Assembly: GCA_038220215.1 (NCBI GenBank)
Contig: JBBRIY010000001.1
Location: 1-33,927 of the forward strand
Length of the DNA stretch: 33,927 nt
Direction: 5' to 3'
Origin: Propionibacteriales bacterium
GTDB taxonomy: Bacteria; Actinomycetota; Actinomycetes; Propionibacteriales; Propionibacteriaceae
Shown here: piece by piece, positions 17,745 to 26,135 of the stretch
Layout: every line of letters starts with the position of its first letter
Position numbering within the stretch: the stretch's first letter is position 1
Notes under the pieces: model-generated
Database searches by the model: none
Told to the model about the DNA's origin: nothing
What the model saw: the letters and a program-made list of their open reading frames with translations, nothing else
Made by a program: the position numbers and the translations under genes

Positions 17745-18968
17745 TCAGCGTCCGATGCCGGCGGCGATGATGCTGGTCACGATCACCGAGGTGATGGTGA
17801 CGGTGGAGAATCCGGCGACGATCATCTTCGGCAGGATCTCGCCCTCGATCGCTGCGACCTCCTCCGGCGTCTCGCCGGCCCCCTTCGCAGCCTCCTGCGA
17901 CAGGATCATCGTGCCCGGGAAGCCGTAGAGCGAAGTGAGCCCGATCGAGATCGACATCGGGATGCTGTAGCCGAGCAACTTGCCCGCTGCAAGGGAGAAC
18001 AGTCCGATTCCGACCAGTCCGAAGCTGAAGGCGATCGCTAGCGGACCGGCAAGGGCCGCCAGGTCGGCCGGCTTCAGGGTGGCCAGCGGGCCGAACACCA
18101 TGATCATGATGGCCAGCATCATCAGGCCGAGCGAGTCGATGCCGGTGAGCACGGACGGCTTGAACACCCCCGTGCTGCGAAGCACGATGCCGAAGACCAG
18201 GGCGACAACGAAGGTATTCAGCGTTCCGTTGGTGAGGTTGTTGATCCCGATGCTGAGCAGGACGGCGATGCCGACGCAGAACAGCGTGCCAGGGGTGGTG
18301 CGCAGGAAGGACGGCAGGCGCCCTTCAGCGGCCTGGGCCTGCTCCACCAGTGCCGGGGCCTCGAGACGTCCGGCGCGGTACTCGCCCTTCAGTCGGGCAG
18401 CCTCACGACGCAGCAGCAGGGACGTGAGCGGGAACCCGAACAGCCCCTGCAGCGCTGCGATCAGCACGGGGAACGCCGCCACGGTGGTCAGGCCGATGCC
18501 GAGGGCTGCCTCCTGGACGATCAGCACAGAGATCGTGCCGCCGGAGAGGGCGCCGATGCCGGCGATCGCATAGTCGCGTGCTACGGAGATGCCACTCGTG
18601 ATGAGGTCGCCGTAATCGTCCACGCTCCGCGGCGCACCGCCGAAGATGGCGGCGGCGACCAGCAGGAGCAGACCGATGCCCACGACAGCCGAGATGCCGA
18701 TCAGGAGGGTCTTCCACTGCTTCTTGAAGTCATCCAGGCTGATCATGGTGCCGAGATGCACGATGATGAAGCCGACAATGGCTCCGGCCAGCCCGAGCAG
18801 CGAGGACGCCTGCAGCAGGTCGGTGGGGAAGACGCCGGTCATGAAGCCGATCAGGAAGATGATCGAGGCGACGAAGAGGCTGGAGAGCAGCGACTTCGTC
18901 TTCTTCGCCACCCAATCGCTCACCGTCCAGACGAGCATGACAACGACAAACGCCAATACCGGATTCAT
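17745..18968 (-). CDS. Polytopic membrane protein, putative secondary transporter
   Basis: About 11-12 hydrophobic segments; ATG 18968 preceded by GGGAG (alternative GTG at 18980). Confidence 0.8.
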   Translation of the reverse strand: MNPVLAFVVVMLVWTVSDWVAKKTKSLLSSLFVASIIFLIGFMTGVFPTDLLQASSLLGLAGAIVGFIIVHLGTMISLDDFKKQWKTLLIGISAVVGIGLLLLVAAAIFGGAPRSVDDYGDLITSGISVARDYAIAGIGALSGGTISVLIVQEAALGIGLTTVAAFPVLIAALQGLFGFPLTSLLLRREAARLKGEYRAGRLEAPALVEQAQAAEGRLPSFLRTTPGTLFCVGIAVLLSIGINNLTNGTLNTFVVALVFGIVLRSTGVFKPSVLTGIDSLGLMMLAIMIMVFGPLATLKPADLAALAGPLAIAFSFGLVGIGLFSLAAGKLLGYSIPMSISIGLTSLYGFPGTMILSQEAAKGAGETPEEVAAIEGEILPKMIVAGFSTVTITSVIVTSIIAAGIGR

Positions 18969-19005
18969 GCTGTCTCCCACATCTTCGGCATTTCCTGGAT
19001 ACGCA

Positions 19006-19932
19006 TCATGGCTGTTCCATCCTGCGAGTAGAAGCCTCTTCGGCCGTTTCGGCTTCAGTTCGTTGTGCTCCGGGGTGGATCCGCGACAGCAGCACCACTC
19101 CAGAGATCGCCACTGCCGCGAACAGCAGCATCAGCAGGGCTGCACCCCAGTCGAGGTTCATGCCCTCGCCGAGGACGGCGATGCCGTAGGCCACTCCGGC
19201 GACCGGCCCGGCGGCATTAAGCGTCCCGACCACGATCTCCGCTGCACCGGACGCATAGCCCTGCTGGATCCAGATGCCGGCGAGCACCATGCCGGCGACG
19301 ATGGACGCGGCCAGCAGCCAGAAGACCGGCGAGCCCAGCCAGGGCCTGCTCGTGACATAGTGGCCGATGGCCTTGACGACGCCTGATTCCGCGCCGTAGA
19401 TCACTGCTGCCGCCGCGGACCACGCAAGGCACTGCCAGGCCACCGGGCCGCGAGCGCCGGCGAGGGCGAGCAGGCCGGCAATGCCGAAACCTGCGAGGGT
19501 GCCCAGGACCAGCCAGGTGTCGTTGAGGACGGGATAGGGCGCTGCGTTGCGGATCGCCACCCAGGCGAACGCAGCGGTACCCACGACGGTGAGGGCTGTG
19601 GCGCCCCACATCGCCGCGGTGATCGGGCTCTTGTGCACGCGGGCGGCCAGCAGGATGGTCCACGGCACCGCCAGTACGCCGATCGGCTGCACCACGGTGA
19701 CCGGCGCCAGCAGCAGTGCGGTCATCTGCAGCACGGCACCCACGCCGGTAAGCATCAACCCACCGAGCCAACGCGGGTTCCGGATGACGGCCAGCAGGTC
19801 GGAGCCCGACAGCTTTGCACCCTGTTTGCCTGCGGCATCGCCCACGGCGCCGTGTTGCACGACGGAGGCAACGGCGAGGGCCACCGAGGCCAGCACGGTC
19901 AGCACCACCGCCAGGGAGATGTTCTGGGTCAC
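19006..19932 (-). CDS. DMT-superfamily membrane protein
   Basis: PRWLGG, AL..AP.TVVQPIG and G.AVLGE motifs; about nine TM helices. Confidence 0.85.
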   Translation of the reverse strand: MTQNISLAVVLTVLASVALAVASVVQHGAVGDAAGKQGAKLSGSDLLAVIRNPRWLGGLMLTGVGAVLQMTALLLAPVTVVQPIGVLAVPWTILLAARVHKSPITAAMWGATALTVVGTAAFAWVAIRNAAPYPVLNDTWLVLGTLAGFGIAGLLALAGARGPVAWQCLAWSAAAAVIYGAESGVVKAIGHYVTSRPWLGSPVFWLLAASIVAGMVLAGIWIQQGYASGAAEIVVGTLNAAGPVAGVAYGIAVLGEGMNLDWGAALLMLLFAAVAISGVVLLSRIHPGAQRTEAETAEEASTRRMEQP

Positions 19933-19942
19933 CAGAGTCCTT

Positions 19943-21502
19943 TCAGAAGGGCCAGATCACGGGAACCCACAGCACCGCGACAACGAGGAAGAGCAGGATC
20001 AGTGGCAGGCCGAGCTTCCAGTAGTCCGTAAACCGGTAGCCGCCGGGTTCCATCACCATGGTGTTCGCTGCAGTGGCGACCGGCGTCAGGAAGGACGCGG
20101 CGCCCGCCACGGTGAGCGCCATCATGAAGGGCAGGACGGAAACCTGCATATCGGCAGCGAGCACGGCCGCGATCGGCGCCATGATCAGCACCGTTGCCGT
20201 GTTCGAGATCAACTGGCCGAGCACCATGGTCAACACCACGAGCGCGAGCAGGGCGAGCGACGGTGACGCCCCCCCGATCACGGACAGCAACGCCCGAGCG
20301 ATGAGGTCGGCCGTGCCGGTGGTGATGAACGCCGTCGAGAGCGGGATCATGCCGGCCACCAGCACCACGGTCGTCCAGGAGATGGCCCGGTAGGCCTGGG
20401 TCGGTGTGAGGACACCCGTCACGACGATCGCCCCCGCGGCAAGGATGCCGGCCACGGCCGGGGGGACCACCCCGGTGGCCAGCAGGACGACCATCGCTGC
20501 GAGGATGCCGATCGCCCGCTTCGCCCCGGTGCCCAGCGGGACCGTGCGCCGCAGCGAGGACGGCTCGTCCACGACCAGCACCTCCGGGCCGGCGGTGTGC
20601 GCTTCGAGGTGTGCCCAACTGCCACGCAGCAAAAGGCTGTCGCCTGCCTGCAGCGTTGCGTCCGGGCCGATCAGGTCCTCACCGCCACGCTGGAGACCAA
20701 GGACCACCAGGTCGCCGCTCGGTGTGGTCATGCCGGCGAACAGGTGGAGGCCGATCAGGTCGGAGCGAGGGGGGATCACCACTTCTGTGACGCCCGTGCC
20801 GGCGCCCACCAGTTCGGCGTCCGCCGGCAGCGCGTACTGCGCGCGCAGGGTGCGGGCGTGGCTGCTGACGTCGGGAGGGAGCGCCGCAGGAGCTCGATCA
20901 GGGAGCACCCGGTCGCCGAGGAGGGCGAGGATCGCGATCGTGCCCACAACCAGCGGCACACCCACCAGCCCGAACTCGAAGAACGTGAAGGGGCGGGCAC
21001 CGGCGTCCACGGCAGCTTCGCTGACGATGATGTTCACCGGCGTTCCGGTCAGGGCGAGCATCGAGCCGGCGTGCGCGGAGAAGGCCAGCGGCATCAGCAT
21101 CTTGCTGGGTGCAATGCCGATCCGGACGGCGATGACAACCACGACGGGGATGAGGGCTGCGACCGCGCCGTTGACGCTGATCAGGGCGGTCAGGACGGCG
21201 ACGAGGAGGCAGATCACCACGAGCAGCGGGGTGCGTTTCTCGCCGCCACGGCTGATCACCTGTTGACCGGCCCACGCGGTGACGCCGGTGGAATCGAGCG
21301 ACTCCGACACCACGAACAGCGCGGCGATGAAGAGCACCACCGGATCGCCGAAGCCGGCGAGGGACTGGTTCAGGGTGAGGATCCCGGTCGCCCACAGAGC
21401 GAGCGCAACGCCGAGCGCGACGATTCCCATCGGAACGCGGTTGGACATGAAGGCCACAACGGCGAGAACGAGGATGGTCAAGACGATCGCCACGGGTCCC
21501 AC
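19943..21502 (-). CDS. SLC13/DASS-family permease with TrkA-C (RCK-C) domain
   Basis: TL.GTPVNII, ISNTAT.LIM.PIA, FLTPVATAAN.MVM.PGGY.F.DY.K.GLP; central EVVIPPRS.LIG...LQAGD.LLL.G. Confidence 0.92.
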   Translation of the reverse strand: MGPVAIVLTILVLAVVAFMSNRVPMGIVALGVALALWATGILTLNQSLAGFGDPVVLFIAALFVVSESLDSTGVTAWAGQQVISRGGEKRTPLLVVICLLVAVLTALISVNGAVAALIPVVVVIAVRIGIAPSKMLMPLAFSAHAGSMLALTGTPVNIIVSEAAVDAGARPFTFFEFGLVGVPLVVGTIAILALLGDRVLPDRAPAALPPDVSSHARTLRAQYALPADAELVGAGTGVTEVVIPPRSDLIGLHLFAGMTTPSGDLVVLGLQRGGEDLIGPDATLQAGDSLLLRGSWAHLEAHTAGPEVLVVDEPSSLRRTVPLGTGAKRAIGILAAMVVLLATGVVPPAVAGILAAGAIVVTGVLTPTQAYRAISWTTVVLVAGMIPLSTAFITTGTADLIARALLSVIGGASPSLALLALVVLTMVLGQLISNTATVLIMAPIAAVLAADMQVSVLPFMMALTVAGAASFLTPVATAANTMVMEPGGYRFTDYWKLGLPLILLFLVVAVLWVPVIWPF

Positions 21503-21605
21503 GCGAGCACACTAGCGCCCCATAACGAGCGCGCATCAGGCCCTGCCAACGGGGGGACGGGAGGCACTAGTGTCCACTCATCGACGTCTGATCCGGAGGA
21601 GTTCC

Positions 21606-23111
21606 ATGAGCCACAACCCCATCAAGATGATTCCTGCTGAGTTCACGCCCGTGCCTGCGCTCGGCGGGGCCTGTGATGTTTCTGCTGTTCAGGACTTCAG
21701 CCCTGATCTTGATGCGGTGGCACTCCTGGTCGGAGCCGGTACCGACCTGACCGGCGTGGTCGGGATGGGGCCCGACGCGCTCGCTGCCGCAGGCTTCGAC
21801 GCCAGCCCCGGCAGCAGCCTGGTGGTGGCGCAGGATGGCCACCCGCTGGTACTTGTCGGAATCGGTGATCCCGCGGAACTGGACGCGGACAAGCTGCGTG
21901 ATGCTGCCGCGGCCGCCGCCCGGGCAACCGCGAAGAAGGGTGGCCGGATCGGCATCGACGTGCCGGACCTGGGCATGGACGTGCAGACGGTGGCAAAAGT
22001 ACTTACGGAGGGGTCGTTGCTGGCCCGATACCGCTACTCGGTGCTCAAGGCAGAGCCCAAGGAGGTGGCGCTGGCGGTGTTGCAGCTGAAGGTTGCCGGC
22101 GCCGACACCGCTGCGTTGACGGCCGGAATCGACGCCGGTCAGATCGGTGTCCGTGCGACGGTGGTGGCCCGAGACCTGGCCAACACCCCGCCGGGGCACC
22201 TGACCGCCACCGGCATCGCTGACGTCGCGGTCGAGCTGGGTGCCGAGTTCGGCTTCGAGGTGGAGGTCTTCGACAAGGCCGCGCTGATCGACATGCGGTG
22301 CGGCGGGATCCTCGGCGTGAACGCGGGCAGCGAGGAGGAACCCCGGCTGGTGGTGTTGACCTACACCCCGCAGGGTGACGTGACCGGCCACCTCGGCCTG
22401 GTGGGCAAGGGCATCATGTACGACTCCGGGGGCATCAGCCTCAAGCCGTCCGACCCGATGCACTTGCTGATGAAGATGGACATGGGTGGCGCTGCGGCCG
22501 TGCTCGGCGCGTTCACGGCGCTCCGCGACCTGGGTACGACTGCCGCGGTGTCGGCGTGGCTGGTGTGTACCGACAACATGCCCTCAGGGTCGGCCTACAA
22601 GCTCGGTGACGTGCTCACCTGCCGCAACGGCAAGACGGTGGAGATCAAGAACACCGACGCCGAGGGCCGGATCGCGATGATGGACGGCCTTGCGTTGGCC
22701 GTGGAGGCCGGTGTGGACGCGATCGTCGACATCGCCACCCTGACCGGCGCCGCCCTGATGGCACTGGGGAAGTCGCGTGCGGCCGTCCTCGGCAACGACC
22801 AGGGCATGGTCGACCGCGTGATCGCTGCAGCAACCGCCACCGACGAGCCGGTCTGGCAGTTGCCGCTGGAGCGCAAGTACCGCAAGCAACTCGACTCCGA
22901 CATCGCTGACATGTCGAACCTCGGAGGCCCGCACGCCGGTGCTACCACAGCGGCCTTGTTCCTTGACGAGATGGTCGCGAAGACGCCGTGGGCGCACATC
23001 GACATCGCCGGCACGATGTCGACCGACGCCGACGACGCCTGGCGCTCCGCCGGAGCCACCGGCTTCGGAGCCCGCCTGCTGGCCAACCTGGCCGCCGACT
23101 TCCGCTCCTGA
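21606..23111 (+). CDS. pepA: Leucyl aminopeptidase, peptidase family M17
   Basis: LVGKGIMYDSGGISLK, MKMDMGGAA, NTDAEGR, DIATLTGA, WAHIDIAG; ATG 21606 after GGAGGA (alternative GTG 21570 also has GGAGG). Confidence 0.95.
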   Translation: MSHNPIKMIPAEFTPVPALGGACDVSAVQDFSPDLDAVALLVGAGTDLTGVVGMGPDALAAAGFDASPGSSLVVAQDGHPLVLVGIGDPAELDADKLRDAAAAAARATAKKGGRIGIDVPDLGMDVQTVAKVLTEGSLLARYRYSVLKAEPKEVALAVLQLKVAGADTAALTAGIDAGQIGVRATVVARDLANTPPGHLTATGIADVAVELGAEFGFEVEVFDKAALIDMRCGGILGVNAGSEEEPRLVVLTYTPQGDVTGHLGLVGKGIMYDSGGISLKPSDPMHLLMKMDMGGAAAVLGAFTALRDLGTTAAVSAWLVCTDNMPSGSAYKLGDVLTCRNGKTVEIKNTDAEGRIAMMDGLALAVEAGVDAIVDIATLTGAALMALGKSRAAVLGNDQGMVDRVIAAATATDEPVWQLPLERKYRKQLDSDIADMSNLGGPHAGATTAALFLDEMVAKTPWAHIDIAGTMSTDADDAWRSAGATGFGARLLANLAADFRS

Positions 23112-23117
23112 CCCGAA

Positions 23118-23199
23118 TTGGGGACGGTTCCTAACTCGGTCCAACACCCTGAACCGTGGGGACGGTTCTCTCGGTTCCGGTGAACCGAGAGAACCGTCC
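23118..23199. repeat. REP-like repeat cluster 1
   Basis: TTGGGGACGGTTCCTAACTCGGTCC (23118-23142) plus perfect 18-bp hairpin GGACGGTTCTCTCGGTTC-CGGT-GAACCGAGAGAACCGTCC (23160-23199). Confidence 0.75.
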
Positions 23200-23437
23200 T
23201 GTTGTTCACGCGGGGGCAAGCTGGGACGGGTGGTCCCGCCGGTGCCGAACCTGACGAAGCCGGCGGCAGAACCGGAGACGCTGATCCAGCATTGGCTCTT
23301 CGCCGGAAACAGCGTGGACGGCTGCGGGTGGCTGCATGGGAGGTCAATCGATTTAGTCAAAGGGGCTGCCAGTGACGCCGAAGGTTTACTAGGCTGCTGA
23401 ATTCCTGGACAAGGGTGTGAGGACGGAAGGCAACCCC

Positions 23438-26077
23438 ATGGACGTGAGCTTCCCGGAACTGACCGATCCCGAGGCTGTTCCCACGGGCGACATGCCCGGC
23501 GACAAGGTGCAGATCACGCCGGGCCACATTGCCGCGGCGCAGAGCATCTTCCCTGAGCTGTGGCGTCTGCTGGAACCGGTGCTCGCTGCCCGTCCCCAGC
23601 ACCGGGCGGTGGTGTCGGTCCATGGCGGCTCGGGGGTCGGCAAGTCCGAGACCGGCTCCTTGCTGGCCTACGGGCTCAACCGGCTCGGCGTCGGCGCCTA
23701 TGTCCTCTCCGGTGACAACTACCCGCGGCGCATCCCGTCGGCCAATGACGCCGAGCGGTTGCGCACCTTTCGCGTTGGGGGCCTCCAGGGACTGGTGGCC
23801 CGGGACGTCTACGCCGCCCCTGTCCGTGCCGAGCTCGCGGCCCTGCAGTCCGCCGATGCCGATGCCGACCCCCGGCAGGTGGCCGCCCACCCGTGGCTGG
23901 CGACCTACCAGAAGACCGGACGCGCGGCGCTCACCGGCTACCTCGGCACCCCGGCCGAGGTGGACTTCGACGAGATCAACCGCATCCTCGCGGCCTTCCA
24001 CGCCGGGGCCGACTCCCTGCTCCTGAAGCGGATGGGCCGCACCGCGGACGCCCTGTGGTACGACGAGGTGGACCTCTCCGGCACCCCGGTGATCGTCGTG
24101 GAATGGACGCACGGGAACAACGAGCACCTGGTCGGTGTCGACATCCCGATTCTGCTGAACAGCACCCCGGAGGAGACCCTGGCGCACCGCCGCTCGCGCA
24201 GCAGGGACGGGGCAGTGGACAGCCCGTTCACGACGATGGTGCTCGAGCTCGAACAGGCACGACTGCGGTCGCAGGCCTCCCGAGCGGCGATCATCGTGTC
24301 CCGTTCCGGCGAACTGCTCGACTATGACGGCTACCTCACGGCGATGGGGGCCGACCTGCCGGCGGCCGGCACGATGCTGAACGTCTACCCCGACAGCATC
24401 GGCGGCACTCTCGCCGACCTGGTCGCGTTTCTCCGGCGTCCCGAACTGAAGGACGTGTTCAGCTCGGCCTACCTGCTGCCGAGCGTCTTCAACACCGACT
24501 TGGACCGCGGCTTCTCCGTGATCGATTACTCGCTGAGCGAGAAGTTCGCGACCCGCGACGACATCGCTGCTCTGGCGGAGGAGGGCATCGACTTCACGTT
24601 CGACTTCATTCTTAACCACGCCTCGGTGCTGTCACCGCAGTTCCAGGACATCATCGCCAACGGTGAGCGATCGCCCTACGTCGACTTCTTCGTCGACTGG
24701 AACGCGTTCTGGGCCGGCAACGGCGAACTCACCGACGGCGGCTACGTCGAGCCGCGTCCAGAGCTGATCAAGGACATGTTCTTCCGCAAGCCCGGCCTGC
24801 CGATCCTGATGGTGCGGCTGCCGGACGGCAGCGAGAAGCCGTACTGGAACACCTTCTACCAGGAGGTGCGCTATACCGTCCCGGACACCCAGGACGTGAT
24901 GGACGCGACCGGGCTGCAGTACGGCACGGCCGAGGTGCTGGCCGGCCGGCTCGCGTCCGTCCTCGCGGTCGGCGGACGCCCGGCCGAAGCCGACTTCACG
25001 GGGTTCGAGGCCGCGCGTGAGAGCGTGGTCGACCTCGTCGAATCCCGCCGGCGCTACCTGGGCCAGATGGACCTCAACATCAAGAGCCCCCTGGTCTGGG
25101 ACTTCTATGCCGACACCCTCGACAAGCTCGCCGGCTACGGCGCGCAGATCGTCCGGCTGGACGCTTTCGCCTATGCGCCCAAGGAGCCAGGACTGAAGAA
25201 CTTCCTGAACGATCCGGGCACCTGGGACCTGTTGGCCCGGGTCAAGGGGCTGGCCGACCGCCGAGGGCTGAAGCTGCTGCCGGAGATCCACTCCACCTAC
25301 GCCGAGGGCATCCACGCCACGATCGCAGCCAAGGGCTTCCTGACCTACGACTTTTTCCTTCCCGGGCTGGTGATCGACGCCTTCGAGAACGCGGACGCGT
25401 CCCTGCTCAAGCGGTGGATCGGCGAACTGCTCGGCCAGCGGATCCGGACGGTGAACATGCTCGGCTGCCACGATGGCATCCCCGTGCTCGACCTGAAGGG
25501 CCTGCTGCCGGAGGAGCGCATCCAGGCGCTGATCGCCACCATCACCGGCCGCGGTGGCTACGTGAAGGACCTGCACGGTGCGAAGAACATCTACTACCAG
25601 GTGAACGCGACCTACTTCAGCGCGCTGGGGGAGAGTGAGGCGCGGCTGCTGCTGGCCCGGGCCATCCAGCTGTTCATGCCCGGCAAGCCGCAGGTCTGGT
25701 ACCTGGACCTGTTCGCCGGCGGTAACGACCACGCCGCGGTCGAACGAGCAGGCGAGGGCGGCCACAAGGAGATCAACCGGACGAACCTGTCCGCCGAAGC
25801 GATCACTGCCGGACTGGATCAGCCTGTGGTCACCCGCCAGCTGGAGCTGCTGCGGTTCCGCAACACCTTCGGTGCGTTCGGCTTCGACGCCACCTGCGAG
25901 GTCGCGGAAACCAGCCCCCGGACGCTACGGATCACCTGGCGCAAGGGCGGCCGCGCTGCCACCCTGGACGCCGACCTCGCAGCGGAAACCTTCACCATCA
26001 CCGCCACCAGCGAGGACGGCACGACGCGGACGGTCCTGGCGCAAACCGGGGACGGTTCTCAGTTCCCGCCAAGTTGA
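23438..26077 (+). CDS. Fusion: N-terminal P-loop kinase plus C-terminal GH13_18 sucrose(-phosphate) phosphorylase-like domain
   Basis: Walker A HGGSGVGKSE and LSGDNY in the first ~300 aa; from ~24370 LNVYPDSIG, DLDRGFS, DFILNH, VRLDAFAY (nucleophile), LPEIH (acid/base), GCHDGIP, YYQVN, MPGKPQVWY; alternative start GTG 23417. Confidence 0.9.
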   Translation: MDVSFPELTDPEAVPTGDMPGDKVQITPGHIAAAQSIFPELWRLLEPVLAARPQHRAVVSVHGGSGVGKSETGSLLAYGLNRLGVGAYVLSGDNYPRRIPSANDAERLRTFRVGGLQGLVARDVYAAPVRAELAALQSADADADPRQVAAHPWLATYQKTGRAALTGYLGTPAEVDFDEINRILAAFHAGADSLLLKRMGRTADALWYDEVDLSGTPVIVVEWTHGNNEHLVGVDIPILLNSTPEETLAHRRSRSRDGAVDSPFTTMVLELEQARLRSQASRAAIIVSRSGELLDYDGYLTAMGADLPAAGTMLNVYPDSIGGTLADLVAFLRRPELKDVFSSAYLLPSVFNTDLDRGFSVIDYSLSEKFATRDDIAALAEEGIDFTFDFILNHASVLSPQFQDIIANGERSPYVDFFVDWNAFWAGNGELTDGGYVEPRPELIKDMFFRKPGLPILMVRLPDGSEKPYWNTFYQEVRYTVPDTQDVMDATGLQYGTAEVLAGRLASVLAVGGRPAEADFTGFEAARESVVDLVESRRRYLGQMDLNIKSPLVWDFYADTLDKLAGYGAQIVRLDAFAYAPKEPGLKNFLNDPGTWDLLARVKGLADRRGLKLLPEIHSTYAEGIHATIAAKGFLTYDFFLPGLVIDAFENADASLLKRWIGELLGQRIRTVNMLGCHDGIPVLDLKGLLPEERIQALIATITGRGGYVKDLHGAKNIYYQVNATYFSALGESEARLLLARAIQLFMPGKPQVWYLDLFAGGNDHAAVERAGEGGHKEINRTNLSAEAITAGLDQPVVTRQLELLRFRNTFGAFGFDATCEVAETSPRTLRITWRKGGRAATLDADLAAETFTITATSEDGTTRTVLAQTGDGSQFPPS

Positions 26078-26111
26078 CGATTCAACCTGAACCGAACCAG
26101 GAACCGTCCCC
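26048..26111. repeat. REP-like inverted pair, cluster 2
   Basis: GGGGACGGTTC (26048-26058) and its exact inverse GAACCGTCCCC (26101-26111) straddle the stop codon between convergent genes. Confidence 0.7.
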
Positions 26112-26135
26112 AGGTTCGGATCATCCGGGCTCAGG

